Assembly: GCA_000830295.1 (NCBI GenBank)
Contig: CP010425.1
Coordinates: 768,001 to 832,000, forward strand
Direction: 5' to 3'
DNA length: 64,000 bases
Source: an archaeon GW2011_AR15
GTDB taxonomy: Archaea > Nanobdellota > Nanobdellia > Woesearchaeales > GW2011-AR15
The number at the start of each line of letters is the position of its first letter. Position 1 is the first letter of the stretch. The position numbers and the translations under genes are program-made. The notes under the pieces were generated by a model that saw only the letters and a list, made by a program, of their open reading frames with translations, was not told the origin of the DNA and did no database searches. Of the stretch, positions 27,989 to 38,142 are shown one piece after another.

Positions 27989-28612
27989 CTAGAAGCTCAG
28001 GACATCCATTGCACCGGCAAGGTCTTTTTCATCTACTATTATCATCAGGTCAGTCCAGCAGCTCATCTCCTCCAGGATATTTATCCCTTTTTCTGCAAGA
28101 AGGCCATAAACATGATTCACAACTCCGGGAGTGCTCTCTATTTCTGGGTCAAAAAGTATGGCAATCTGGACAAGGTTTTCGCTGCATTTGATAAGCCAGC
28201 TCTTAAAGCTCTCTTTCACCTCCTCTGCATATTTGGAATTAGTTACAAGAGTTAGTGTATCTTCCCCTTCTATAAGATTAAAGTCTCCCTTCTCTCTTTT
28301 CACTTTCTTCTGAAATACATAGACCCTTTCCATGTCCTTTGGCTTGTCCATTATAGCCACAAGTATCCTGTTCCTGATCCTGATTTTTACGTTTTTCAGA
28401 AGCCGAAGTATATCTTTCTCCTGGGTTTCACTCTCCTTAAGTTTTAAGAAATGCCTTCTTATTGCAATCAGTACGGCATCAAACCTGTCTATTTTATGTT
28501 CCCTGCATATCTGCCTTGCAAGGGCAGAATAGTTGACCAGGCCTTTGGCTACACAATCTCTTATACTCGGATGGCCCGATATATATTCTTCTGTCAGCTT
28601 AGTTATGTTCAT
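27989..28612 (-). CDS. ACT-domain protein with a putative N-terminal DNA-binding domain
   Basis: GLVNYSALARQI; C-terminal ACT PGVVNHVYGLLAEKGINILE; divergent from argGH. Confidence 0.8.
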   Translation of the reverse strand: MNITKLTEEYISGHPSIRDCVAKGLVNYSALARQICREHKIDRFDAVLIAIRRHFLKLKESETQEKDILRLLKNVKIRIRNRILVAIMDKPKDMERVYVFQKKVKREKGDFNLIEGEDTLTLVTNSKYAEEVKESFKSWLIKCSENLVQIAILFDPEIESTPGVVNHVYGLLAEKGINILEEMSCWTDLMIIVDEKDLAGAMDVLSF

Positions 28613-28741
28613 AAGGGAATGCCTCTACCTTAAACCTTTTCAGGATATTGAGAATACTGGTTTCAAATACAAACGGCCGTATGTCAAAATATCTTTTTAG
28701 TTCTGTCTGCTTCTCCATGGAGCAGGGGTAGTAAATACTTA

Positions 28742-28791
28742 TATTTAAAATTTGTCCTATTTTAGACATAAATGTTCTAAATTGTTACATT
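28742..28791 (+). promoter_or_regulatory. argGH promoter TATA with two tandem dyads (putative operator)
   Basis: TATTTAAA followed by TGTC-N8-GACA (28753-28768) and AATGT-N11-ACATT (28771-28791). Confidence 0.5.
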
Positions 28792-28833
28792 CTGGACGAT
28801 ACTTTCTTAAATACTTCCAGCACACCAGGGCTT

Positions 28834-30084
28834 ATGAAAAACGGCTATATGAAAGTATCCTCATACGAAGGCAAAGAAGGAAAGGTAAAGAAAGTAGTGC
28901 TTCTTTATTCAGGAGGACTCGATACAAGCTGTATACTGAAGTGGATACAGGATAAATACAGGGTAGAAGTGATTGCCGTCTGCATGGACCTTGGACAGCA
29001 GGCAGATGACCTTCAGAAAATCAAAGAAAAAGCCCTGAAGCTTGGCGCAGTAAAAGTATATGTTCTCGATGTCAAGGATGAATTTGCGGAGCAATATATC
29101 TCCAAGCTTATCAAGGCAAATGGCTCATATCAGGGAGATTACCATATAAGTACAATTTCAAGGTATATAATGGCAAAAAAAGCAATAGAGATTGCCGGAA
29201 AGGAAGGCGCAGATGCTATTGCACACGGCTGCACAGGGAAGGGCAACGATCAGGTCAGAATAGAGGCAACAGCGCTTGCCTTAAAACCGGATATAAAGAT
29301 AATTGCACCTGTAAGGGAATGGGCAATGGGCCGTGACGAGGAGATTGAATATGCAAAAAAGCATGGCATAGAGGTACTGCAGACAGAAGAGTTTCCATAT
29401 TCCTCTGATGATAATATGTGGGGAGTCACGTGGGAAGGGGGAGAGATAGAGGATAATTATGCAGTGCCGAAAATCAGCAAATTCCTTAATATAACTCTTC
29501 CGGAAAACGCCCCTGACAAGCCTGAGTATATAGAGATTGGATTTGAGGAGGGGATTCCTGTTTCGATTAAAGGGAAAAAAATGAAGCTTGCTGAGCTTAT
29601 AATAGAACTGAATAAAATCGGGAAAAAACACGGGATTGGCCTAGTTTACATGGTGGAAGACAGGCTTGTCGGGCTGAAAGTCCGCGGAGTGTATGAGCAT
29701 CCTGGAGCCCACATAATCATTGAGGCTCATAAAAAACTGGAGCTTTTTGTATGCACAAGAGCAGAAAATGAATTCAAACAGCAGGTAGACAGCAAGTGGT
29801 CATACATGTGCTATGCTGCGCAATGGATGGATCCCCTGATGGAGGACCTTAATGCTTTTTGTGACAGTATAAACAAGAGAGTCACCGGGAAAGTCAAGGT
29901 AAAACTCTATAAAGGAAAAGCCGAAATTGTTGCGCTGGACTCAAAGAATGCGCTCTATGACAGGAAACTTGCAACATTCATGAAAGATTACAGCTTCAAC
30001 CAGAACTGCAGCCCGGGATTCATTGAAATATACAGCCTGCAGATGAAACTGGCAAATCAGGTGAACAGCAAAAATGAAACATAG
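28834..30084 (+). CDS. argG: Argininosuccinate synthase
   Basis: YSGGLDTS, AHGCTGKGNDQVR, EDRLVGLKVRGVYE. Confidence 0.96.
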   Translation: MKNGYMKVSSYEGKEGKVKKVVLLYSGGLDTSCILKWIQDKYRVEVIAVCMDLGQQADDLQKIKEKALKLGAVKVYVLDVKDEFAEQYISKLIKANGSYQGDYHISTISRYIMAKKAIEIAGKEGADAIAHGCTGKGNDQVRIEATALALKPDIKIIAPVREWAMGRDEEIEYAKKHGIEVLQTEEFPYSSDDNMWGVTWEGGEIEDNYAVPKISKFLNITLPENAPDKPEYIEIGFEEGIPVSIKGKKMKLAELIIELNKIGKKHGIGLVYMVEDRLVGLKVRGVYEHPGAHIIIEAHKKLELFVCTRAENEFKQQVDSKWSYMCYAAQWMDPLMEDLNAFCDSINKRVTGKVKVKLYKGKAEIVALDSKNALYDRKLATFMKDYSFNQNCSPGFIEIYSLQMKLANQVNSKNET

Positions 30085-31438
30085 AAACAAAGTTTTTTCA
30101 GGTTTAGAGAACCATGGATTTTCTAAACTCTGGGATAAAGGGCATGACCTAAATAAGAAGGCAGAGAAATTTACAGTAGGAGATGACTGTCTATTGGATC
30201 AGAAACTCCTGTACTGGGACTGTGTTGCCAGCATTGCCCATGCCAGCATGCTGAAAAAAATCGGGATTTTGACAGAGAAAGAATTTTATGAAATAAAAAA
30301 AAGATTGCTGGAGATAATTGAACTTGACAAGAAAGGCAAATTCCAGATAAAGCAGGAGCAGGAAGACAGCCATACAGCAATAGAAAACTATCTCACGGGA
30401 AAATTAGGGGAGACAGGACAAAAAATCCATACAGCCCGTTCAAGAAATGACCAGTCTTTTGTAAATATTAAATTATATATGAAAAACGAGATGCTGGGAA
30501 CACAGGAAGCAATCTTGGAGCTGTGCAAAGCACTTCTTTTGTTCAGCAGGAAAAACAATGTTGTTTTTCCTGGCTATACACATATGCAGAAAGCAATGCC
30601 CTCTAATGTATCACTCTGGGCAGCCTCTTTTATTGACTCTATGATTGATAACCTGATGTATATAGATTCCCTCTATAAAATAATTGACAGTTGCCCTCTC
30701 GGAAGCGCTGCCGGCTATGGTGTGCCGCTTGAGATAGACAGGAAGTATGTTTCTGATCTGCTGGGGTTTTCAGAAGTGCAGGATAATGCTATCTACGTGC
30801 AGAGCTCAAGGGGAAAAACAGAAGCCATGCTGCTGTCCTCTCTGGCGAACATAATGCAGGACCTGAATAAGCTGGCTACTGACCTTATTTTGTTCTCGAT
30901 GCCTGAATTCGGCTATTTTGAACTGCCTCAGGAATTCTGCACAGGAAGCTCTATAATGCCGCAGAAAAAGAACCCAGATGTGCTTGAATTACTGAGGGCA
31001 AAATCAAGCGTGGTGCTCTCATTATATCTTCAGGCCATGAGCCTCATCCAGAATCTCCCGACAGGCTATAACAGGGATTTTCAGCTGGCCAAAAAGCCAT
31101 TGATTGAAGGGATTGATATAACAAAGGAATCACTTAGCATAGCTGCAGAGATACTAGGGAAATTGAAGATAGATAAAGAGAAGTGCAGAGCTGCAATGTC
31201 CAAAGAATTGTTTGCTACTGATCTTGCATATGAATATGTCAAAAAAGGCATGCCGTTCAGGAAGGCCTATAAGACGGCAGCAGAAAATATTGATGAAATC
31301 AAGACTGAATCATTTATCGGAAGATACAATATGAAATTAGATTTAGATGCAGCTGAAAAAGAGATTAAGGATATTGAGGATAAACTAACAGAAAAGAAGA
31401 AATTTCTGATAGGGAAGATTGCTTCGCTTCTTAATTAA
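30074..31438 (+). CDS. argH: Argininosuccinate lyase
   Basis: HTARSRNDQ, PGYTHMQKA, GSSIMPQKKNPDVLEL, GYNRDFQ. Confidence 0.96.
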   Translation: MKHRNKVFSGLENHGFSKLWDKGHDLNKKAEKFTVGDDCLLDQKLLYWDCVASIAHASMLKKIGILTEKEFYEIKKRLLEIIELDKKGKFQIKQEQEDSHTAIENYLTGKLGETGQKIHTARSRNDQSFVNIKLYMKNEMLGTQEAILELCKALLLFSRKNNVVFPGYTHMQKAMPSNVSLWAASFIDSMIDNLMYIDSLYKIIDSCPLGSAAGYGVPLEIDRKYVSDLLGFSEVQDNAIYVQSSRGKTEAMLLSSLANIMQDLNKLATDLILFSMPEFGYFELPQEFCTGSSIMPQKKNPDVLELLRAKSSVVLSLYLQAMSLIQNLPTGYNRDFQLAKKPLIEGIDITKESLSIAAEILGKLKIDKEKCRAAMSKELFATDLAYEYVKKGMPFRKAYKTAAENIDEIKTESFIGRYNMKLDLDAAEKEIKDIEDKLTEKKKFLIGKIASLLN

Positions 31439-31532
31439 TCCATAAAATCAACACCAACAAAATTTATAAACAAAGGAAATTTAGTAGCTTCCTTAGGATG
31501 GGGGCAGCAGCAGGGTTCTTGGAGGAATTAGT

Positions 31533-31943
31533 TTGACAATTTCTTTTGATACTTTCATGAAGCTCATCAGAAAAAGCGTTGAGCTTGATCCCTGGATAAA
31601 AGAAACAGGGATTGACGGATACGGGGAGTTTATGATTGAGGAGACTAATGAAGTTATAGAGGCCCTGAAGAGCAGTGATACTGAAAACCTGAAGGAGGAG
31701 CTTGGTGACCTGCTGAGCCTCTGGGCAATTGTCTGCATGCTTGCTGAAGAAGAGAAGCTATTTGATACTGAGGAAGTCATAAAGAGAGCGATAGAAAAGA
31801 TAAAGAGCAGAAGGCCTTATGTTTTTGAGGATAGGGAAGTTTCAATTGAAGAGGCAGTCAGGATATGGTATGCTGCAAAAGATAAAGAAAAAGCGCAGAA
31901 AAATGGAATTTCAGAGCGCAATCAATCTGGTTTTCAAAAGTAA
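31533..31943 (+). CDS. MazG-like nucleotide pyrophosphohydrolase
   Basis: DPW, EETNEVIEA, EELGDLL, KIKSRRPYVF; TTG start with SD GGAGG. Confidence 0.88.
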   Translation: MTISFDTFMKLIRKSVELDPWIKETGIDGYGEFMIEETNEVIEALKSSDTENLKEELGDLLSLWAIVCMLAEEEKLFDTEEVIKRAIEKIKSRRPYVFEDREVSIEEAVRIWYAAKDKEKAQKNGISERNQSGFQK

Positions 31944-31991
31944 TTTAAGCATTATGTTATTCTCTCTTTTAATTGCTGGAGATGATAAAGC

Positions 31992-32570
31992 ATGACGCTG
32001 TTTAGGAAAACGAAATCAGAGTATTCAAAAGCCAGGCAGATTAAAATTAATTCGCCATTAGCCACCAGGATAATTATAGTCCTGATTGTCCTTCTCCTGC
32101 TCTCCTTTATAATCAATGTAAAGCTGCTGCTTTTTCTTGTAATAATAACAGGATTCAATGCCTGGCTGGCAGGCTTTCAGCTTAGGAGAGGGTTTCCCAC
32201 AGACCTTGAATTGTCAACATTCGCGACAGTGCTCACAACAATAGCATTTGGTATCCAATGGGGATTATTTATAGCAGTATTTTCAAAGCTGTTTGCCAGC
32301 ATATCAACAGGCAACCTTGTAGCTGACCATTTCTTTATGATTATTACTTACCTCAATGCCGCAGTCATAACTGCAGTGTTTGGCGGAATGAATGTTTTTA
32401 CCTTAGGTTTGATTATCATAACCATAAACGCAGTGATAATGTTTTTAGTGTCAAAGGAGATACTTGGTCTGGATCCGACGTCCAATCTTTCCTATACAGG
32501 AACCAATCTTGTTTTTAATTTCCTTGTCTTCTCTATATTCAGTGAGACAGTACTATCTATCCTTAGGTAA
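31992..32570 (+). CDS. Multi-pass membrane protein of unknown function
   Basis: About 6 hydrophobic segments. Confidence 0.7.
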   Translation: MTLFRKTKSEYSKARQIKINSPLATRIIIVLIVLLLLSFIINVKLLLFLVIITGFNAWLAGFQLRRGFPTDLELSTFATVLTTIAFGIQWGLFIAVFSKLFASISTGNLVADHFFMIITYLNAAVITAVFGGMNVFTLGLIIITINAVIMFLVSKEILGLDPTSNLSYTGTNLVFNFLVFSIFSETVLSILR

Positions 32571-32584
32571 TTTAGATGTAACTA

Positions 32585-33691
32585 TCATATCTTGTCAAAA
32601 ATCTTTTTTAGAAAACTCTGGCTTGGCTTCTCGCTCATCTCCCCAAATTCTTTGAGAAGGTCTGCCTGTTTTTTTGTAAGCTTTTTTGGCGTTTCAATTA
32701 TGACCCTGACTTTTTCGTCTCCCCTTCCGCTTCCATGGATATGGGGAATTCCCCTGTTTTTTATCCTGAAAACTGTATGTGTCTCTGTGCCTGAGGGAAT
32801 CTTAAGCTTTGCCTTCCCATCCAGAGTTGCAACTTCTATTGTATCTCCCAAAGCTGCCTGGGAAAAAGAGATAGGAACTTCAATATACAGGTCGTCTCCC
32901 TCCCTTGCAAAAACATTATGCTCATTCACATGGATTATTACATAAAGGTCTCCTGCAGGCCCTCCCTTAATTCCTGCTTCTCCCTGTCCGCCTATTCTTA
33001 ATCTGGTCCCGTCTTCAACTCCGGGAGGGATTTCTATCTTTACCTTTGCCCTGTTTTCAACCCTTCCAGAGCCATGGCATTTCCTGCAGGGCTTCTTTAT
33101 TTCCTTTCCGCGGCCATGGCATACATTGCATGTGGAAGTTGTCTGGAATACCCCGAAAGGCGTTCTCCTCGTCATTGTAACCCTTCCTGAGCCATGGCAC
33201 TGCGAGCATGTAACTATGTCTTTTTCTGATTCTGCCCCTGAGCCTTTGCACTCCGGGCATGTCTCCAGCCTAGGGATGACTATATTTTTCTCAACACCAT
33301 TTGCAACATCTTCCAGTTCTATTGTTATGTCAAATCTTAAGTCGCTTCCTCTGTTATCCCTCTGAGGTCCCCTGAAACTACCGGCTCCGCCAAAAAACAT
33401 GTCAAAAATATCTCCGAAATCAAACTCTCCTCCTGTAAACCCGAAATCCCTGAAATCATATCCTGAAAATCCGGAAGTGTCTGCCTTCCCGAACCGGTCA
33501 TACTGCTCTCTTTTCTGGTCATCTCCCAGCACAGACGCAGCTTCGTTTATTTCCTTGAACTTTTCAGCAGCATCTGATTCCTTGTTTAAGTCCGGGTGGT
33601 ATTTCTTAGCGAGCGTCTTGTAGGCTTTTTTAATCTCTTCTTTGGAAGCCCCTTTTTTCACACCCAGGATATCATAATAATCTTTTGCCAT
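32585..33691 (-). CDS. dnaJ: Chaperone DnaJ
   Basis: J domain HPD, G/F-rich region, four CxxCxGxG repeats. Confidence 0.97.
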   Translation of the reverse strand: MAKDYYDILGVKKGASKEEIKKAYKTLAKKYHPDLNKESDAAEKFKEINEAASVLGDDQKREQYDRFGKADTSGFSGYDFRDFGFTGGEFDFGDIFDMFFGGAGSFRGPQRDNRGSDLRFDITIELEDVANGVEKNIVIPRLETCPECKGSGAESEKDIVTCSQCHGSGRVTMTRRTPFGVFQTTSTCNVCHGRGKEIKKPCRKCHGSGRVENRAKVKIEIPPGVEDGTRLRIGGQGEAGIKGGPAGDLYVIIHVNEHNVFAREGDDLYIEVPISFSQAALGDTIEVATLDGKAKLKIPSGTETHTVFRIKNRGIPHIHGSGRGDEKVRVIIETPKKLTKKQADLLKEFGEMSEKPSQSFLKKIFDKI

Positions 33692-33730
33692 GTGGCTAAT
33701 GGAAACACGTTGGTTTTAAAAAACTAACTC

Positions 33731-34936
33731 TTATAGAATTAAATAGAGGATAACAGGCAGAATAAGGCACCCCATGGCATGGCTTCTGGCAATTCCCTTC
33801 ATTGGAGCAATAAGGCCGATAGCGGAGCTTGCTATAAGAATGATGATTCCGAGCCAGCCATTAAGCAGCAAGCCCATTGCAAAAATCATCAAAGTTACAG
33901 TGGTTACAAGAATCCTGTAGTTTATTTTCACAACAAGCTTTGAAAACAATTTGGAGAACCAGAGGGTTAAAGGCACAGCCAGCGAGCCGGAAAACAGGAA
34001 GACGAGCACAAGCAGGAGAAAGCCGCTGAAATTGATTTCCACAAGCTTCGATATCGCAACAATCGCGCCGTCTTTTGCCTTTCCAAGAACATAAAACGTC
34101 ACAAGAGAGAAGACAACAGACATTGTTCCCATGGCTCCTACAAGAGCCAGGTAGCCCTCATCTTTTATATCCCTTATGATCTGTCCTGAAATTACGGCAC
34201 CCTGCGCAGGCCCGAGGCCCGGAAAAAACTGAATGAGGAAAACACCGATTGAACTTCCAAGCAGGGACTTGGCAAGGCTTTTCGGCTTAAGTGTTATGTC
34301 ATCTGTGATAGTCTGTTTTGGGATACAAGTGTTCTCGAAATAGCTTATTATCAATCCTGAAACCCCAAACAGCCCGGACAGCAGGGGGAAAAGAGGTTCT
34401 CTCATATTCGGGATTGAGAACACTACAATACCAAGGCTTCCGGATAAAAGGAACAGGAAAAGGCTCCAGATCCACTCTTTTTCCTTTATAATCATATAAA
34501 CAGCAATAAGAATGAGGAGATAGGCAAGATAAGGCTTCAGAAAGGCAAAAACCTGCTGTGCTGTGAATATAAAAAGGGGAATAAGTAATATGGCTACAAT
34601 CATGCCCGTATAAGTTCCGAAAATAGTTATTTTGACGGCCTGATAGCCCTCTCCTCTCAGCAGCATCTTCTGGCCGGGAAGCACAGACAGGGCATTCTCA
34701 TTTTCAGGAGCACCAAGATAAACAGAGGGGATTGTATCCAGGAAAGAGTGGACAATTGACAGGGAGATTATAAAAACTGCCAGGGATAGCGGCTCCAGAT
34801 AGGTCAGCAAAACAGGAGAAAGGGCCAGAAGTGTAGTTGCAACCAGATTTACATGTATTCCAGGTGTAAGGCCTGTGAAAACACCTATTAATATGCCTGC
34901 AAATACAAGCAAAATAACTTCAAAAAACATACGCAA
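33731..34936 (-). CDS. TctA-like (DUF112) tripartite tricarboxylate transporter permease
   Basis: TGLTPGIHVN, IPSVYLGAP, SVLPG, PLLSGLFG. Confidence 0.85.
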   Translation of the reverse strand: MRMFFEVILLVFAGILIGVFTGLTPGIHVNLVATTLLALSPVLLTYLEPLSLAVFIISLSIVHSFLDTIPSVYLGAPENENALSVLPGQKMLLRGEGYQAVKITIFGTYTGMIVAILLIPLFIFTAQQVFAFLKPYLAYLLILIAVYMIIKEKEWIWSLFLFLLSGSLGIVVFSIPNMREPLFPLLSGLFGVSGLIISYFENTCIPKQTITDDITLKPKSLAKSLLGSSIGVFLIQFFPGLGPAQGAVISGQIIRDIKDEGYLALVGAMGTMSVVFSLVTFYVLGKAKDGAIVAISKLVEINFSGFLLLVLVFLFSGSLAVPLTLWFSKLFSKLVVKINYRILVTTVTLMIFAMGLLLNGWLGIIILIASSAIGLIAPMKGIARSHAMGCLILPVILYLIL

Positions 34937-35089
34937 TAGTCAGAAGGATATATAAATAAACCTAGTCAGGGATGCACCGAAAACCTTCCGATATAAGAGA
35001 TAGAGAAGGATAATTCGATAAGTTTAAAAAAAGACAAATATTTAAATATAACAACCATACATAAATCATGAAGTGTGGAGGGTATGCAT

Positions 35090-35485
35090 ATGAAGAAATT
35101 TTTCACGTCACTCAAGGATAAAATAAAAAAATGGGGCTTCGAAGACTCTGATGATGAATTTGAAGAAGAGTATCTTGAGCTTGATACAACATCTAAAAAG
35201 CCAGTATCATCAAAAGTTATTGTCAGGCCATTTATTCTGGAAGACTTTTCGGATATCAAACCGGTTCTTGATTCATTAAGGGAAGGCGCGACAGTCTGCC
35301 TGATAAACATAAGGCCTCTTAAGGATAAAGATCTTGTGGAACTAAAAAGAGCCATCAACAAGCTGAAAAAGACCTGTGACGCATCAGGCGGCGATATAGC
35401 AGGCTTTGGCGATGACTATCTTGTTGCAACGCCAGGATTTGCTGAGATATACAGGACAAAAGAGCCTGAAAACAAAGAGCTTTAA
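35090..35485 (+). CDS. sepF: Cell division protein SepF
   Basis: LREG..CLINIRPL, GGDIAGFGDDYLVATP; start at 35090 or 35084. Confidence 0.88.
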   Translation: MKKFFTSLKDKIKKWGFEDSDDEFEEEYLELDTTSKKPVSSKVIVRPFILEDFSDIKPVLDSLREGATVCLINIRPLKDKDLVELKRAINKLKKTCDASGGDIAGFGDDYLVATPGFAEIYRTKEPENKEL

Positions 35486-35533
35486 TTTTTCTGAATCTTT
35501 TACCCCTCTTAGTTTATATTATTTCTTTTCTAG

Positions 35534-36469
35534 TTAAACAGGAATATTTGTAAGCGTCATCACGAAGAAAGATATTGTCATAAGTATAAGTGAGTGCTTC
35601 AGCCCGGCAGTTATATCACCTTCTGACATTTTCCCAATAGTTATCCCTGCAAAAAAGCCCTGAATAAGCGACAGCATGATAAACAGCCCTCTCAGGCTCG
35701 AAAGCCATTTGCTGAATGTAACCACAAAATCCCTTATGGATGTGAACTTGATTTCCACGCTTAACACAAGAGAAGGCCTGCTTGCTGAGGTTGTCAGGAT
35801 ATTTGATGCACCGGCGCCGCCTCCAATACCTGAAAAAAGTCCGGAATTATCTCCGACCAAATACGGCACGAGCATGTTCTGGACGACTATCATCACACCT
35901 ATGAATATAAAGAAGATTATGTATGACTGCATAATCTGTGACTGGATATTGGCCCTTCTCTGGTCTTTTATTTTCTTTATTTCTATGAGAGATTCTGTAA
36001 TAGAGCCAAGCACATCCTCCATGTTTCCGCCTGCTTTCTCAGCCTCTATGACAGTTGCAATTGCCCTTTTTATTATGTCGCTTCTCGTGCCATTCCCGAA
36101 ATAAAGAAGGGCCCTGTGGACCGGAATTGCCCATTCAACCTGATATCCAAGCTTCCTTACATGAGGGCTCAGAGAGCCGTAGTCCAGTGTAGATATATGC
36201 ATGATTGCCCTTGATACAGGCATGCCGGATTTTACTGCGCTTGTAAGGTTCCTGACAAAATCAACAAACCTTTCCTCAAGATCTCTCTGTTTCTGGTTTC
36301 TTGTAAAGAAATCAATCCAGAGCCGCATCCATGCTATGGTAACTGCAATTACAAGCATAGGCGTAAAGAGGGAGCTATGTAGGAAGAATACAACGTCAGC
36401 CAGGAGGATTATAAATCCAACTACGAATCCCGGCACGTACTTCTTGTCAATATTTAGAGTTAGTTTCAT
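35534..36469 (-). CDS. Type IV pilus/T2SSF platform membrane protein (TadC/ArlJ-like)
   Basis: VKSGMPV..A, YGSLS, EAEKAGG, GLKHS. Confidence 0.9.
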   Translation of the reverse strand: MKLTLNIDKKYVPGFVVGFIILLADVVFFLHSSLFTPMLVIAVTIAWMRLWIDFFTRNQKQRDLEERFVDFVRNLTSAVKSGMPVSRAIMHISTLDYGSLSPHVRKLGYQVEWAIPVHRALLYFGNGTRSDIIKRAIATVIEAEKAGGNMEDVLGSITESLIEIKKIKDQRRANIQSQIMQSYIIFFIFIGVMIVVQNMLVPYLVGDNSGLFSGIGGGAGASNILTTSASRPSLVLSVEIKFTSIRDFVVTFSKWLSSLRGLFIMLSLIQGFFAGITIGKMSEGDITAGLKHSLILMTISFFVMTLTNIPV

Positions 36470-38142
36470 ACTTCAGGCTGGTTAACCTCCAAAAATACAA
36501 GGAAAACTATGTTAAGAAGGGGGATCATAACATAGGTTCCAAGAGTTATAAGGGTGTTTACTGGTATGCCTCCCAGTGTGCCGCCAAAGGCTGATACAAG
36601 GGACAGGGCAGTCACAAAAAATAAAGGGGCTGCTATGAGTACACCGGTATATATGTCTGAATAGGTTGATAATGATTCAACATATTTCTGCCTCTCCAGC
36701 TTATAATTCAGCAGTGATTCAGATGATTTCTGTTCCAGATATTCCTTCAGATCTCCTCCTGTCTCTATTGTTGAGACAAACCCATCTATAAACTCCTTGA
36801 AATCCTGGGAAGGCGTTGTAAGTGCAATAGCTTTCAATGCTGTCAGTATATCGTATCCGAAAAACTCAATATAATTGTTCACTTTTTCAATCTCGACTGA
36901 AATTTCACCATACTCCTCAGAGTTGCTGATCAGCTTGAACATTATTGCAGGACTGACTCCGGAAGAAATTACAGAGGCCATGTGGTCTATTGCAAAAGGG
37001 AGATTGGTATTTATTGACCTCCTTCTTGCCTTCGCCTTTACATTCGGGTAATAGGAGCCCAGCCAAAAGACCGTTGCAGCTACAAGTCCTGAAAAAAACA
37101 GGGCATTCAGCAAAGCAAAGAAGAAATTTGATCCCTGGAATGCAAAGAAAGTGATCAGCACAGGGAAGGATGCTATTCCTGCCAGCAGGGTTATAAAAAA
37201 TATAATATTTATGTAAGTATTTGCCAGCACCCTTATGTTCGCATGCCTCACAGACTTATAGACACTCTTGAAAAAATCAGGGTATTTCTCTATAAAATAT
37301 ATGCCGAGCTTCCTTACGGTTACATTTGACACATAGCCGAGAGTATTGGCCCTGTATATCTCGGGCTCGTTCTTTGAGATCAGTGTTTTTAATTCCGTAA
37401 CCTGCTTGCCGAGAAGATAGGGATTGAGCACATCAGCCTTTGATACATTAAGGGATTCCTCAATCCTTTCCCTGTCTTCATAAGAGAGTATTGTGGGGGA
37501 AATCTTTGTTTCTCCAAGGAAGGTATCTTTTTTTCTTTTGGCCTCTTTTCCCTTGAATATATAATTCAGAAATTCCTTTGACAGCATTCCCTTAAGGACG
37601 ACATCATCATCTTTCTTGAGCCATGGCTTTTCCTTTGCTCTTATAGCATATATGATTCTTTTCAAAAAATTCAGCTTTACAGGCTTCGGTGCCTGGGACA
37701 TTTTTTTTTCGGTTTCTGCACCAAGAAGGGTGCTGGAAGGGATCTTTATTGTGTCTGTTATATCTTCAGGCTTTTCCTCTTTGGCAAATACTACCGGTTT
37801 GTCCTCTGATACTGTTTTTCTTTTTTCATGCTGGGGTTTGCTCTCCTGTATTGCAGGAGCAGGCTTTTTTTCAGGCAATTTTTCTTTTTTTGCAGCCTTT
37901 CTCTGGTTTAGTGCAATATATCTCCCATATTCCCTGTTTATGTGCTCTATCTCACTCTCAATTACATAAGAATAATACCTGCTGACTTTTTCTAGCTCTT
38001 CCTCAATAGTATCTACAGCCAGGCTGAACTCATTCCGCTTCCTTGCGGTATTATATTTTTGCTTTTTCAGATTGGAATATAACTTATGTAGAACTTTCAG
38101 CCTGTCTAGATTAGAGACTATATCATCTGATTCTTTTTTCAT
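36466..38142 (-). CDS. Type IV pilus/T2SSF platform membrane protein with a long soluble N-terminus (TadB/ArlJ-like)
   Basis: NLPFAIDHMASVISSG, FGYDILTAL..TPS, IETGGDL. Confidence 0.88.
   Translation of the reverse strand: MKKESDDIVSNLDRLKVLHKLYSNLKKQKYNTARKRNEFSLAVDTIEEELEKVSRYYSYVIESEIEHINREYGRYIALNQRKAAKKEKLPEKKPAPAIQESKPQHEKRKTVSEDKPVVFAKEEKPEDITDTIKIPSSTLLGAETEKKMSQAPKPVKLNFLKRIIYAIRAKEKPWLKKDDDVVLKGMLSKEFLNYIFKGKEAKRKKDTFLGETKISPTILSYEDRERIEESLNVSKADVLNPYLLGKQVTELKTLISKNEPEIYRANTLGYVSNVTVRKLGIYFIEKYPDFFKSVYKSVRHANIRVLANTYINIIFFITLLAGIASFPVLITFFAFQGSNFFFALLNALFFSGLVAATVFWLGSYYPNVKAKARRRSINTNLPFAIDHMASVISSGVSPAIMFKLISNSEEYGEISVEIEKVNNYIEFFGYDILTALKAIALTTPSQDFKEFIDGFVSTIETGGDLKEYLEQKSSESLLNYKLERQKYVESLSTYSDIYTGVLIAAPLFFVTALSLVSAFGGTLGGIPVNTLITLGTYVMIPLLNIVFLVFLEVNQPEV

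Noticed and set aside
28599-28718. 39-codon minus-strand ORF upstream of the ACT gene as a possible leader peptide
   Set aside because: It overlaps the ACT gene promoter and start, has no SD and no clear Arg-codon run.
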